Source: Eledone cirrhosa (lineage: Eukaryota). From it: 64,000 nt of DNA. The translations under genes and the position numbers were made by a program. Numbering within the stretch: position 1 is the first letter of the stretch; the number at the start of each line of letters is the position of its first letter. The stretch is taken from contig OZ024740.1 in NCBI GenBank assembly GCA_964016885.1, positions 317,316,001 to 317,380,000 of the forward strand. The letters are read 5' to 3'. Below, one piece after another: positions 13,461-24,999 of the stretch. Below the pieces are notes generated by a model that saw only the letters and a list, made by a program, of their open reading frames with translations, made no database searches and was not told the DNA's origin.

Positions 13461-13999
13461 GAAAGAAGTTCACGTCCCAACCACATTCAAGACTGATAAG
13501 CATACATAGACACTTCCTTCCCTGGGCCTTCAACTCCGAGTGGAATTACAGGGGTGCTGCTGTAACATATAATACATTTTGGACATATTAAACCAGGTGG
13601 AGCCCAACCATCACCATGCTATAAGGAAACAAAACTATATAAATATACATACACACAACCTACAGGATGTCTACACACAATATATATTTCGTTAATATGC
13701 ATATAAATTGTACACGCAGAAAAGTTAAACACATACGTGCAGACACACAAAGAGAAAAACCATGCATATATACACACACACACATATATATATATAGAGA
13801 GAGAGATACATAGAGAGAGAGAGAGAGAAAGAGAAAGAGAGAGAGAGAGAGAGTGAGAGAGAGAGAGTGAGAGAGAGAGAGAGAGATATATATACAGATA
13901 TATAAATATAATATTAATATTATACATACATATATAAACAGCCTTCCATGATATGCAAGCAGCAACAAGCAAACTAATGTACCAACTAACAAATATGAG

Positions 14000-14051
<52 letters not shown>

Positions 14052-14149
14052 GTACACACACATATATATATATACCTGCACACACATACATACATACACG
14101 CGCATGCGCATACAGATACAGCAACATATATGTATGTCGCACCTTTGCG

Positions 14150-14187
<38 letters not shown>

Positions 14188-14232
14188 CATACACACACAT
14201 GTATATCTAAAATAAATTTCATGCTAAGTTTA

Positions 14233-14320
14233 TATGAGTTGCTACTCAAAGGTTTTCATGCCTGTTGCATTAGTTTCGCATGAAGAATGGGAGAAAAAAA
14301 ACTCCAAGTAGCGACTCGTG
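14233..14320. mobile_element. Tiny mariner-like MITE
   Basis: TATGAGTTGCTACTCAAAGGTTTT ... AAAACTCCAAGTAGCGACTCGTG imperfect TIRs. Confidence 0.55.
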
Positions 14321-14743
14321 CAAACTCAATATTAAACAATGGTTATTCCACTCCACTGAAGAGTATTGAGTCCTTTTTATCCATTTACTGCAACTCGCAT
14401 ACATGTGAATTCATAATCATCAATTTACACCCACACGCACCGACACACGCATATATATATAATATATAGTTGGCGGCAAATTGGGCGACCCGTTAGAATA
14501 TTGGATAGAATACGTCGCATGATTCGTTGCGGTTCTTTGCACCTAAAATTCAATGCTCGCTAAGGTCAACTTTGCATTTCATCATTTCAAGGTCAATAAA
14601 ATAAAGTACCAGTCTAGTACTAAGGTTGATTCTTCCTTTACTAGGGTTGATTTTTTCCCCTATATTTCTTTCTCGCTCTCTTTCTCTCTCCCGTTATCAT
14701 CATCGTTTTGCGTCTATGGAAAAGTGGATGTAAAATGATGAGG

Positions 14744-14794
<51 letters not shown>

Positions 14795-15057
14795 TCTCCA
14801 TTATTAACTAACCTGTGTCTCATTCTGTAAGCATCACTTCCCTATCAAGTATCTTATCTCCTTGGGCTATTCATCCTCTGCTCCGTAACCATGTGGAACT
14901 TTCATTCAGCTCCTCTCCCTAATTGAACCTTATAATAAAGGCATGAACATTATCCAGCTTCTCATCCTGGGGTAGTCAGGAAAGCACACATGCATATAGA
15001 ATATATTGACAAGGCCCTCAATTAAGTATTTCCTTATGGTTTTTTAGATGGTAGACA

Positions 15058-15104
15058 TAGCTTCTGATGAGAACCCAAAAAGATTTCAAAATCAGTTCAA
15101 AATA
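15058..15104 (+). ncRNA. Degenerate hammerhead ribozyme (GAAA to CAAA)
   Basis: CTGATGA-GAACC-CAAAA-AGATTT-CAAA-ATCAGT-TC; paralogous to 15659-15705. Confidence 0.45.
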
Positions 15105-15658
15105 TTTTTTTTTTCAAGGTACAGTGAATACATAAAATTTGACCTGGCTACATATCTATATACTTGATAACTAAATTTATAAACACATTTACACAGTCTC
15201 AGTTACTTCTGTACTAAATATATACTGATATGAATTATTTATCATATACTTTGGCTGCTTAGCAGCTAATATAATATCCTTGTTCATCATCATCACCAGC
15301 ATCATTTAATGTCCCTCTTCCACACTAGCATGGGTAAGATAGGTTGACCCTTAGGGAGAAAATCAGGTCAGAGGACCATGTTTGGCTCACCCGGGGCAGA
15401 TTTTGGCTTGGTTTCTACAGCTGGATGCCCTTCCTAACTCCAATATCATCATCATCATTCTACGTCCGTTTTTCCCTGCTCGCAAAGGTGGGACGGGTCT
15501 TATTCAGCACAGCATCTCAATATATATTTAAAAAATGAATTACCAATATGAGTACTAATAATAAGGAAATTAGTATGTTCATTGCAGAATACTATTACAA
15601 GTGATAGGTATATAAGCCCCAGTTACATATTTCCTTGGGGTTGATTTGATGATATACC

Positions 15659-15705
15659 TATCTTCTGATGCGAACCCAAAAAGGTTTGAAAATCTAATCA
15701 AGATA
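15659..15705 (+). ncRNA. Degenerate type I hammerhead ribozyme
   Basis: TATCTT-CTGATGC-GAACC-CAAAAA-GGTTT-GAAA-ATCTAA-TC-AAGATA: perfect 6-bp stem I, stem II, one core substitution. Confidence 0.6.
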
Positions 15706-15948
15706 TCTATTCTTTTTTTCAATTTACAAGGAAATACATAAAATTTGATGTTTACATGTCTATTTACTCAATGTGTAAATACATCTGCACATTTATGCAC
15801 ACACACACACACACGTAGGAGTTGTATTTAATTTGTTGGAATTCCGACAAACATAAATGTTTATAACTGATATAGAGCACTCAACAGATTACTGGAGTAA
15901 ATATTCCAAGATAATAATAAATGGAAACTATAATTATAAAACCATATT

Positions 15949-16013
15949 TATTTTATTATATATATTTCAAGGGCGACCAAGCAAAGCTTGGTGCGCTTTC
16001 ATCAGATAAAATA
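15949..16013 (-). ncRNA. Type I hammerhead ribozyme
   Basis: Exact reverse complement of 16159-16223. Confidence 0.88.
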
Positions 16014-16158
16014 CAAAATTTGTTTTATAAATAATGACATACCCATGGAAATCACACCTTAACAGTCCAAAGATTCGCTGGATAGTCTATCCAGCAAATC
16101 TTCGGACCGTTAAGGTGTGATTTCCATGGGTATGTCATTATTTATAAAACAAATTTTG

Positions 16159-16223
16159 TATTTTATCTGATGAAAGCGCACCAAGCTTTGCTTGGTCGCC
16201 CTTGAAATATATATAATAAAATA
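16159..16223 (+). ncRNA. Type I hammerhead ribozyme
   Basis: TATTTTAT-CTGATGA-AAGCGC-ACCAAGC-TTT-GCTTGGT-CGCCCTT-GAAA-TATATA-TA-ATAAAATA: 8-bp stem I, long stem II, palindromic stem III. Confidence 0.88.
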
Positions 16224-16264
16224 AATATGGTTTTATAATTATAGTTTCCATTTATTATTATCTT

Positions 16265-16303
<39 letters not shown>

Positions 16304-17096
16304 AAACAATGGAAAGATAGACAGTCCCATCTCCTCAGTCAACCTCTGGAAATCAAGATTTTGGTGCATAAAGGTTTGAAGCTATATATATATAAATATA
16401 TATACTGTAAACATATAGGCTCCACCACAAATCTATCGGCGAGCGGCCAATACTATCTACATATCATGCACGAGATAAAAAAAAAGATGGGATGATGTCC
16501 ACTGGAATGCTTTTAATCATAGGCCCGTTCAATCAGGGATGACTTTGGGATAAACTTCTACTATTATACCCATAGTGCTGCTGTTGCTGCTACTATTACT
16601 ATTTACTGTATATACCATGAGTACAGCTTGAACCTACCATACAGTTAGTAGTGCCAGTCTGTAACCCTATACTAAGATATACAACTACAAATATATTACC
16701 CTAATACATTGGTTGGATTAGACAGCTGACACTGCTAACTTGCACTGCCTCCTTCATATTTTGGCAGACATAGTTTTAAAAATAATTGGAACTATAGTAC
16801 AATTACCATTGATGGCTTATGATTCACTGATGAGGTTAAAATAAAATCTAAACATGTCCAGAGTTATCTCCCATACTTGCTAAAAAAAAAAAAGAATGAA
16901 AACAGTATTAGTCATTAATTAATATTTTTGTTTCCTGGTGCATAATTAAATATTTCTAGTTAGCTTTTTAATGGATTGTCAGTAAATATGTTCACATTAA
17001 TTTAACTATTATTTTTCATGCAGATAGTCTCCCTAAGTTGGTTATACTTTACAAAGCATTAAAAAATATTATAATACCAGAAATATGTGATACAAG

Positions 17097-17310
17097 TACC
17101 ATGTATACAGGAATATAAGCCGATACAAATATAAGCCAACCTCCACTATTTTATGTCTGAGAAATAGGCAAAAATCCAAACCTTATTTATGTAGAATTTG
17201 AAGTTGGTGAAAAATCATCAAAATATCAATCCTGAATATAAGTCCCCACCCTTTCTACCATCGGTTTTTTGGTTAAATATCCCTTAACTTATATTTGAAC
17301 ATATACAGTA
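17097..17310. mobile_element. pogo/Tigger-like MITE
   Basis: TACCATGTATACAGGAATATAAG ... CTTATATTTGAACATATACAGTA degenerate TIRs with TA ends. Confidence 0.65.
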
Positions 17311-17327
17311 AATCAAAAGAATCATAC

Positions 17328-17503
17328 TTTTGGTAATAATAACAATTTTGGTAATAATAACGATTTTGGTAATAATAACGATTTTGGTACTAATAACGAT
17401 TTTGGTAATAATAACGGTTTTGGTACTAATAACGATTTTGGTACTAATAACGGTTTTGGTACTAATAATGATTTTGGTACTAATAATGATTTTGGTAATA
17501 ATG
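17328..17503. repeat. 18-bp minisatellite, about 10 copies
   Basis: TTTTGGTA(A/C)TAATAACGA unit, abutting the tail of a minus-strand family A SINE. Confidence 0.92.
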
Positions 17504-17805
17504 AATTTGGACCAAGCCACACATTTGTATAAATTTGAACTGAGCCCAATACATTACTGGTACTTAACATCAATTCAACATCAAAAGAATTCTAACAATA
17601 TTCTGTAAAATTTCTGGTTTGCTACACTATTATTTCTTCCCACTTTGTTGCCCTAACATGTACCAATGATTTCATACATAAGTACAAGGATAGAATTTGT
17701 CAATTTAATTGAACCCCGGACATAACTGGTATTTTATTTTATTCTCAGAAGGCAGAAAGGCAAAAGTGAAGCTTGGTGAGGTTTGAACTCAGAATATAGA
17801 GAGCC

Positions 17806-18092
17806 ATCATCATCATCGTCATTTAATGTCTATCCACCACACTAGCATGGGTTAGACAGGTTTCTCCCATTTGGGGGCAAGTTCGGTTAGGTAATCGTGT
17901 CTCACTCATACAAGACCATTTCTGGTTGGTTTTCTATGGCTGGATGCCCTTCCTAGCGCCAACATTTACAGTGTATGCTGGGTGCTTCTTGCCGTGTCTT
18001 TTACACGACCACTTTACAGTGTGGGCTGGAAGTTTTTTGTCGTGACACCTACACAACCACTTTCCAGTGGAAGTTTTGTGGAACCAACATAA
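17806..18092 (-). mobile_element. RTE 3' UTR/tail fragment
   Basis: (CAT)n-TTTAATGTC...CTAGCATGGGTT...GGCTGGATGCCCTTCCTA matches 30701-30990. Confidence 0.75.
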
Positions 18093-18299
18093 CACACACA
18101 TATATACAAATATATATATATATATATATACGCACATACACATATATACAAACATGGTCTATATATACGTATTTGTGTGTATATACACATATCATCATCA
18201 CCTCTGTCTTACATCCCTTTTCCACGCAAATACTGCAAGGTATTATTTTGTGCTACTGAGCTGATTATACTGGAGAAATGTGAAATCTTTATAATTATA

Positions 18300-18650
18300 A
18301 TAATTGTTTCTACTTTTGGCACAAGGCCAGCAAATACCCAGTACATTACTGGTACTTTATTTTATCGACCCCGTAAGGATGAAAGGCAAAGTAAACCTCG
18401 GCGGGATTTGAACTGAGAATGGCAAGGGCTAATAATGGTTTCTGATTTAGGCACAAGGCCAATAATTTTTTTTGGGGGTGGGGGGTGGGGGGGAGGTCAA
18501 ATCGATCCGTGGTGTGTTACTGGTACTTTATTTTATCGACCCCATAAGAATGAAAGGCAAAGCTAACAACCTCAGTGGGATTTGAACTCAGAAAATAAAG
18601 GGCCATAACCAAATACCACAATGCACTTTGTCCGATGCTTATTATTACAT
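18300..18650 (-). mobile_element. Tandem family A SINE copies
   Basis: Two blocks with tail, core and B box (GGATTTGAAC on the plus strand). Confidence 0.8.
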
Positions 18651-18934
18651 CAACAACAACAACAACAACCATAATAATATAATTTTTTTAACAGAAGCAC
18701 TAGGCCACATTTTTTTGAGTGTTGGAGGAAGAAGTCTGTGCAATAAAGAAAGAGAGAGAGAAGAAAATAATAAAGGAGTGCTAGCCCCAGGAGCCAGGGT
18801 GGGAGGGGGGGTAGATCAAGAGAAAAAAAAAAGTGAAAACAATAATTCAATAAATGTTTGAATAAATAAAAACAGTAAATATTAAAATATTAATAAGGAA
18901 AACAACAAAAAACTATAGGGTGAAAGAAGAGGAG

Positions 18935-19471
18935 AGGAAGAGAGGCAGTCGTTTGATGTGTGTGTAGTAAGTGCAGTGAGAGAGAGAGAGGGGCGGGGGG
19001 TGATGTGGAAGTGCAGTCAGAGAGAGAGGGGGATAGAGGAAATGGTTTGATGTGTGTGTATGTATAAGTGCAGTGACAGAGGGAGGGAGAGGAGAGAAAG
19101 AGAAAGAGTATGAGGAAGTTGTTTGATGTATCTGGAAGTGCAGAGAGAGAGAGAGAGAGAGTCAATTGTTTGATGTGTAAGTGCAAAGAGAGAGGTAGAG
19201 GAGAGAGAGAGGTAGAGGAGAGAGAAAGAGAGAGGTAGAGGAGAGAGAGGTAGCGGAGAGAGAAAGAGAGAGAGGTAGCGGAGAGAGAAAGAGAGAGAGA
19301 AAGATAGAGGTAGAGGAGAGAGAAAGAGAGAGGTAGAGGAGAGAGAAAGAGAGAGAAAGACAGAGGTAGAGGAGAGTGAGGATAGAAGATTCCATTTTAA
19401 ATAAAATTAGGAAAAAGTCTGGTGCAAACTCCCTTTCCCCCAGAAGACATTAAGAAGTGTTTGAAGTGTTC

Positions 19472-19518
<47 letters not shown>

Positions 19519-20100
19519 GTATGTATATCAGTAAGAGAGCAAAAAAAAGATGAAGTGAGAGAGAGAGTGGAAAAAAGAGGGAGCGAGAGAGAGTGTGAAA
19601 GAGAGAGAGACAATGAAAGAGAAAGAGAGAGTGTGAAAGAGAGCGAGAGAGACAATGAAAGAGAATGAGAGTGTGAAAGAGAGAGAATGAAAGAGAATGA
19701 GAGTGTGAAAGAGAGAGAGAGAATAAAATAGAGAAAGTGTGAAAGAGAGAGAGAGACAATGAAAGAGAAAGAGAGAGTGAAAGAGAGAGAGTGTGAAAGA
19801 GAGAGAGTGTGAAAGAGAGAGAGTGTGAAAGAGAGAGAGACAATGAAAGAAAGAGACAATGAAAGAGAGAGAGTGTGAAAGAGAGAGACAATGAAAGCAA
19901 GAGAGACAATGAAAGAGAGAGAGTGTGAAAGAGAGAGACAATGAAAGAGAGAGAGTGTGAAAGAGAGAGACAATGAAAGCAAGAGAGACAATGAAAGAGA
20001 GAGAGTGTGAAAGAGAGAGACAATGAAAGAGAGAGACAATGAAAGAGAGAGAGACAATGAAAGAGAGAGAGTGTGAAAGAGAGAGAGTGTGAAAGAGAGA
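18935..20100. repeat. Cluster of GA-rich minisatellites and (GT)n
   Basis: GTTTGATGTG..AAGTGCAG x4, (GAGAGAGGTAGAGGA)n, (GT)n, mixed GAGAGAGTGTGAAA/GAGAGACAATGAAA units. Confidence 0.9.
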
Positions 20101-20320
20101 AGAGGAAGCTGTACACAGCTGTAGAGCCAGAATGCAACAGAGGGGAACAGGTTCTGAGAGATTCGTTTTTTGAAATCAATATGGCCAGATACTAAATAAT
20201 TTAAATAGATATTATCATTCTTATTTATCATCATCATAATTATTCTATATCGATATATTGCAGATACTAAAAAATTTAAATATTATTAGTATTATTATTA
20301 TTTCATTATCATATTATAAG

Positions 20321-20660
20321 GGCGGTGGATTGGCAGAATCGGTAGAGCATCGGACAATATGCTTTGCAGCATTGAGTTTCGGCCCTTTACGTTCTGAGTT
20401 CAAAATCCCGCTGAGGTCTGCTTTGCCTTTCACCCTTACGGGGGTCAAAATAAAATAAAATACCAGTAACATACTGGGTCAATTTAATCAACTTTCTCCT
20501 CCTCACCAAAAAAATTTGCTGGCCTTGTTCTTAAATCAGAAACCATTATTATTAACTGAAAAAATAAAGTACCAACCAGTAATGCGCTGGGGTTGATTTG
20601 GTCGACTTTCCCCTCTCTCCAAAATTGCTGGCCTTATGCCTAAATTAGAAACCATTATTA
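20321..20660 (+). mobile_element. Full-length family A SINE with duplicated 3' part
   Basis: GGCGGTGGATTGGCAGAATCGG head, GTTCAAAATCC B box, GCCTTTCACCC core, GCTGGCCTTG..GAAACC(ATT)n tail present twice. Confidence 0.85.
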
Positions 20661-20687
20661 TCATCAACATTGTTATTATTATTATTA

Positions 20688-20950
20688 TGGCCCATAGCCT
20701 ATAGGCTGCTTGTTTTGAGGAGAGGAGTGCCCTTGAAGTGTAGGGTGATTCAGGATTTATGGGGTACCTGAATCGCCCCTGGGTTGTTATCCCCCCTATT
20801 GGGGAATTTTCATTGTTGTATTTTTTCTTTATTTATTGTTATTGTTTTTATATTGTTTACTCGATTTGTGTGTAATACCCCTACTGTCCCCGTCTATTAT
20901 ATTATCGCCTATATGTAGGCTCTTGAGGCTAATAAAGACATTATTATTAT
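20688..20950 (+). mobile_element. 3' UTR fragment of an unclassified non-LTR element (AATAAAGA-(TTA)n end)
   Basis: Similar to 22140-22260 and to ends near 21600 and 22100 (TTGTGG(C/T)(C/T)AATAAA). Clade not determinable; L1/Tx1 is a guess. Confidence 0.45.
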
Positions 20951-20954
20951 TACT

Positions 20955-21477
20955 ATTATTTCATTTATCTTGCTTTATGTTCATACGAGTTATCACCATC
21001 ACAACCAGGTCCGCCATATTCAAGAAAAAGCACATACACACACACATATATCTTTAGGTGTTTACATTTGTGATGTATTTATATTGACAGAATCTTCCTT
21101 AGTATATGGACAGTTCCCATTAGTACTATCTTTTGTATTTCTTCCATATGCCGGTTTCCTGGGATTTGGGATAAGTAATCATTAGACCCCTTAGGTATCA
21201 TTCCTAGAGCACATACAACTACTGGTATTGTTTTAGTTCTCTACTTCCACATTTTTCCAATCTCTATCTCCAGGTCTTTATACTTGCTCAATTTTTCATA
21301 TGTTTTTATAGATATGTTCTTGTCTATAGGAACGGTCATGTCAATTAGCAGGCATACTCTCTTTTTAAAGTCCTTCAGTATTATATCAGGTCTATTTGCA
21401 TCTATTTTCCGGTCTGTTTGGACGCTAAAGTTCCACAAAATTGAAATGTGACCTTTTCCGAGTACAGGAGGTGGTTG
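20955..21477 (-). mobile_element. R4/Dong-clade non-LTR retrotransposon 3' fragment (restriction-like endonuclease pseudogene 21079-21477)
   Basis: ILWNFSVQTDRKIDANRPDIILKD...LLIDMTVP...EKLSKYKDLEIEIGKMWK*RTKTIPVVVCALGMIP...IQKIVLMGTVHILRKILSI*: PD-D-xK RLE motif with one in-frame stop; (TAA)n on both sides. Confidence 0.88.
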
Positions 21478-21639
21478 TTTATTATTATTATTATCATCAA
21501 TATTATTATTATATTTTCTTGTTATAACCTTTTTACATGGCCAAAACCCACTTTGTATTGTCCTGTACCGTCTGTAATGTTTTTTTTTCATGTTAGTCCT
21601 TGTGGTCAATAAAGAAACCATTATTATTATTATCATTAT

Positions 21640-22015
21640 GGAGGCTTAGTGGTTAGAGCATTGGCCTTGCAATCGAAAGGTTGTGAGTTCAATTTTCAGA
21701 CCAGGTGATGTGTTGTTTCCTTGAGCAAGACACTTTATTTCACATTGCTCCAGTTTACTCAGCTGTAGGAATAAGATGATAGGACTGGGGTCCCTATCAT
21801 TCCACTGCAAAGTGGTCGTGGAGGTGCCACGGCAAAAAAGCACCCAGCCCACACTGCAATGTGGACGTGTAGGCGCCACGGAAAAAAAAGCACCCAGCAC
21901 TCACTGTAAATGAGGTTGGTGTTAGGAAGGGCATCCAGCTGTAGAAATCAAGCCAGAATCAGTTCCCGTCCCACCCTTGCAAACAGGGAAAAGCGGACGT
22001 AAAATGATGATGATA
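21640..22015 (+). mobile_element. Full-length family B SINE (tRNA head, core, RTE-derived 3' end)
   Basis: GGCTTAGTGGTTAGAGC A box, GAGTTCAATT B box, CCTTGAGCAAGACACTT core, GGTTGGTGTTAGGAAGGGCATCCAGC...GGACGTAAAA(TGA)n. Confidence 0.85.
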
Positions 22016-22599
22016 ATCTACATGCAAAACCTACCAACACATCAACACACACACATATCCACACACATATACATTCTATGTTTTCGTTGATGTTAACCCT
22101 TTGTGGTTAATAAAGAAATCATATATTTTATATTTTTTTCATTGTTAACTGTTTTTGTTATTGTTTATTTTTACTCAATTTTATTGTAAACCCCCACTGT
22201 CCCTGTCTTTGTATTGTCCCCTATATGTCGGCCCTTGTGGCCAATAAATGAAATCATTATCATGATCACCAATAGTATCATTATCATCAATATTATGATC
22301 ATCATCACTATCATTATCATCAATATTAGAATAAAGAAACATTATTATTATTATTATGGTGAGCTGGCAGAAATAGAAGAACAATGTATTGAATATGTTA
22401 TAGTATTTACTTTCAATTCTCTATAGTCCCCAGTACGGTGAACTTTCCAAATAATGGAAACCTTAGGGATTTCAAATGGTGTTATTGTGAATGAAATTTT
22501 CATTGTCTAAGAAAAGTGCATTTATTACATAAATAAAGTGTGGGTGGGGACAATGAATAAGAATTGGAGATAGAGTATAATGAATGGTGCTTTATTAGA

Positions 22600-22990
22600 T
22601 GCTAATTGTACTGTAAGCATTTTGGATGGGGAGGGGGGGGGGGGGGGCAGGATGGTCACGGCTGGAATGTCTTTTGTTAAATGTCTGATCGATGAGTGTT
22701 GATCAGGGACTAAACAACACATCTCTTTAACATCTAATTGCACCGTAAGCAATTTGGAAAAACAAAATAACAAAAAAAAAAAACCCCAAAAAAATCAGGA
22801 GGCCATGGCTGGAGTGTCTGTCATTAAATGTCTGATACATGAGTGTTGACTAAGGACTACATCTACTAATTGTACTCTAAGAAATTTGGGAAAACACACA
22901 CACACACAGGATGGCCACAGTTGGAATGCCTTTCATTAATTGTCTGACTGATCAGCATTGATCAGACTTAGCAACACATCTCACTTCTCT
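22600..22990 (+). repeat. Three diverged ~125-bp tandem copies of a SINE-like 3' segment
   Basis: CTAATTGTAC..TAAGCA..TTGG ... CAGGATGG(T/C)CA.GGCTGGAATG ... GTTGATCAGGGACTAAACAAC repeats; related pieces near 12940-13130, 16490-16555 and (minus) 24420-24615. Confidence 0.7.
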
Positions 22991-22999
22991 TTAACATCA

Positions 23000-23265
23000 T
23001 TAACCCTTTTGTTACCATATTTCTAATGAAAGACATGGATTATGATTTTCAAATCATTTTGAAAATCATAAAAAAAAAATATTTAGAAGGATTTAGTAAT
23101 ATAATTAACTCTCATTAGTTAAATTGATGTTTCAAACATGGCTACTACATAAAATTATGATGGACGGTTATTTTTTAGTTAAATATAAACACTTTGAAAT
23201 AATAGCTTTTTATTATAGAACCGGGAGGGGTGGGAGAGAGGGCAGTTTAGTATTAAAAGGGTTAA
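23000..23265. mobile_element. piggyBac-like MITE
   Basis: TTAA-CCCTTTTGTTAC ... GTATTAAAAGGG-TTAA. Confidence 0.8.
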
Positions 23266-23267
23266 TA

Positions 23268-23492
23268 AATTGTTTCTACATTTGGCACAAGGCCAGCAAT
23301 TTGAAGGGAAGGAGGAAAGTCGACTAAATCGACCCCAGTGCGTTACTGGTACTTTATTTTTAGTGACCCTAGTAAGGATGAAAGGCAAAGCTATAACCTC
23401 AGCAGGATTTGAACTCAAAACGTAAAGGGCTGTAACTAAATACTGCAAAGCATTTTGCTCGACGCTCTACCGATTCTGCTAATCCACCACCC
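23268..23492 (-). mobile_element. Full-length family A SINE
   Basis: Same head, core and tail as 20321-20550 on the opposite strand. Confidence 0.85.
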
Positions 23493-24999
23493 TAGTTTTT
23501 AATGATTTCTCACATGGTGGCATAATCTAATAACAAAAGTGTGCACCGAAGGGCTTATTATATACCCTTATCACTGAAAATACAATTCTTTCATGTAGGT
23601 AATGTCCGCGGAACAGATCCAAACACAAAGGAACCAAACTCCCACTGTCACTGCACTGCCTCCATCTCTCCCCATCTCTCACGATTATGAGCAAATGGGG
23701 CCCCACATGCTGGCTACCCCGTAGCCCTGGTATACACAATAGAGGTGTTTCCCCGGAGGATAGTGAGGGAGACGTACTGGAAGAGCCATTCCAGCTTGCG
23801 AGGCTCATATCTGTGGGTAGCCAACTCTATGCCAATGGTGGTGAGTAGGGAGGTGGCCCTAGGGACAAGGTCACATATTTATAAAAGAGGAATGGATAAA
23901 GAAGTTAGAACAGGCATCCAGTGCACAACTAGAATGACAATTGTCTTTTGAAATTGTCAATAGCTTGGGCTTTTTTTTTTATTACAAAATTTAAAATGCA
24001 AAAAAAATAAATAAAACAAATAAATAAATAAAACAAATAAATAAATAAATAATAAATAAATTAAAAAATAATAAAAATAAAAAATACTCAAAAGGCAGAA
24101 AAAAAAAAAGGGGGCAGCAGATAAACAAACTAGCTTGTTACCAGCAGCTTTCTTTTACTGTATGATAATATTTCAAAAGTGCCGTTAGCTTGGGTTTCCC
24201 GTTATTCCAGATGTCGTGTTATTTCGGAAGTGTATTGTATACTGCAAAAATGCTGCCTGGGAGAGGGGAAGAAGGGTGAGGGGAGTGTGTATCATAAAAT
24301 ATGTACTAATTGTACACTTGATGTCCATTTAATTGACTATAGCCCCCACACTCCTCTCCTCTACAAATATGTGGCCTTGTGCCAACATAAGGACTCTTTA
24401 TTATAAACATTAGAAAGGAGTTGTTATTTAGTCTCATGTCAGTCGTGCTTGAGCAGACATGTTCAAAGATATTCCAGCCATGACCATCCTGTATTTTTTC
24501 CTATGCGCAAGGGGGGACTTCACAGCCACATTATACAATGTGTCCTTTTCTAAGATGCTGAGGTGTTAATTTGCAAAAGATTTGACTGCTATTTCTAGCA
24601 GGTTGAGTGACCACACAGGATTACTCGTAGGCTTGATGTGTATCAATGTTAGAGAGAACTGAGTTGCTGTTATTTAGTCCTGGGTCAAACTTGATCCAAC
24701 AGATCCATGCTTTTTGGTTTTCAGGCATAATGATAATGAAAATTATTGTGTACAGTGTTCAGGAGCACTACAACCCATCAAAGGTGCATGTATAGTACAT
24801 GGAATAATGTACTAATGTCAGGAAAGTGAACAGTGTATGAGTCATGATATAATGTCTCAAGCATTACATTATCAAATGTATATGATCCATTTTTTTTAAA
24901 TATCTCAATATTATTTAAGGGCATCTTGGCTGCTATTTTTAAAGCAAGTGAACTCCATTAAATTTACGATATGCACTGAGTGGATACACTGAAAATGTA

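Larger units (their letters stand above)
15815..16266. mobile_element. Palindromic PLE pseudo-LTR module, second family (361-bp palindrome 15906-16266 plus ~90-bp left tail)
   Basis: Arms complementary with 3 mismatches and a single central base at 16086; flanked by (CA)n and (TA)n. Confidence 0.85.

Noticed and set aside
16821-16865. CTGATGA-GGTT..AATC-TAAA-CATG-TC hammerhead-like string
   Set aside because: GAAA is mutated and there is no stem I; too degraded to call.
19407-20237. 276-aa Ser/Leu-rich ORF
   Set aside because: Translation of CT-rich minisatellites.
21640-21710. tRNA gene
   Set aside because: A and B boxes are present but there is no full cloverleaf, and it continues into SINE core sequence.
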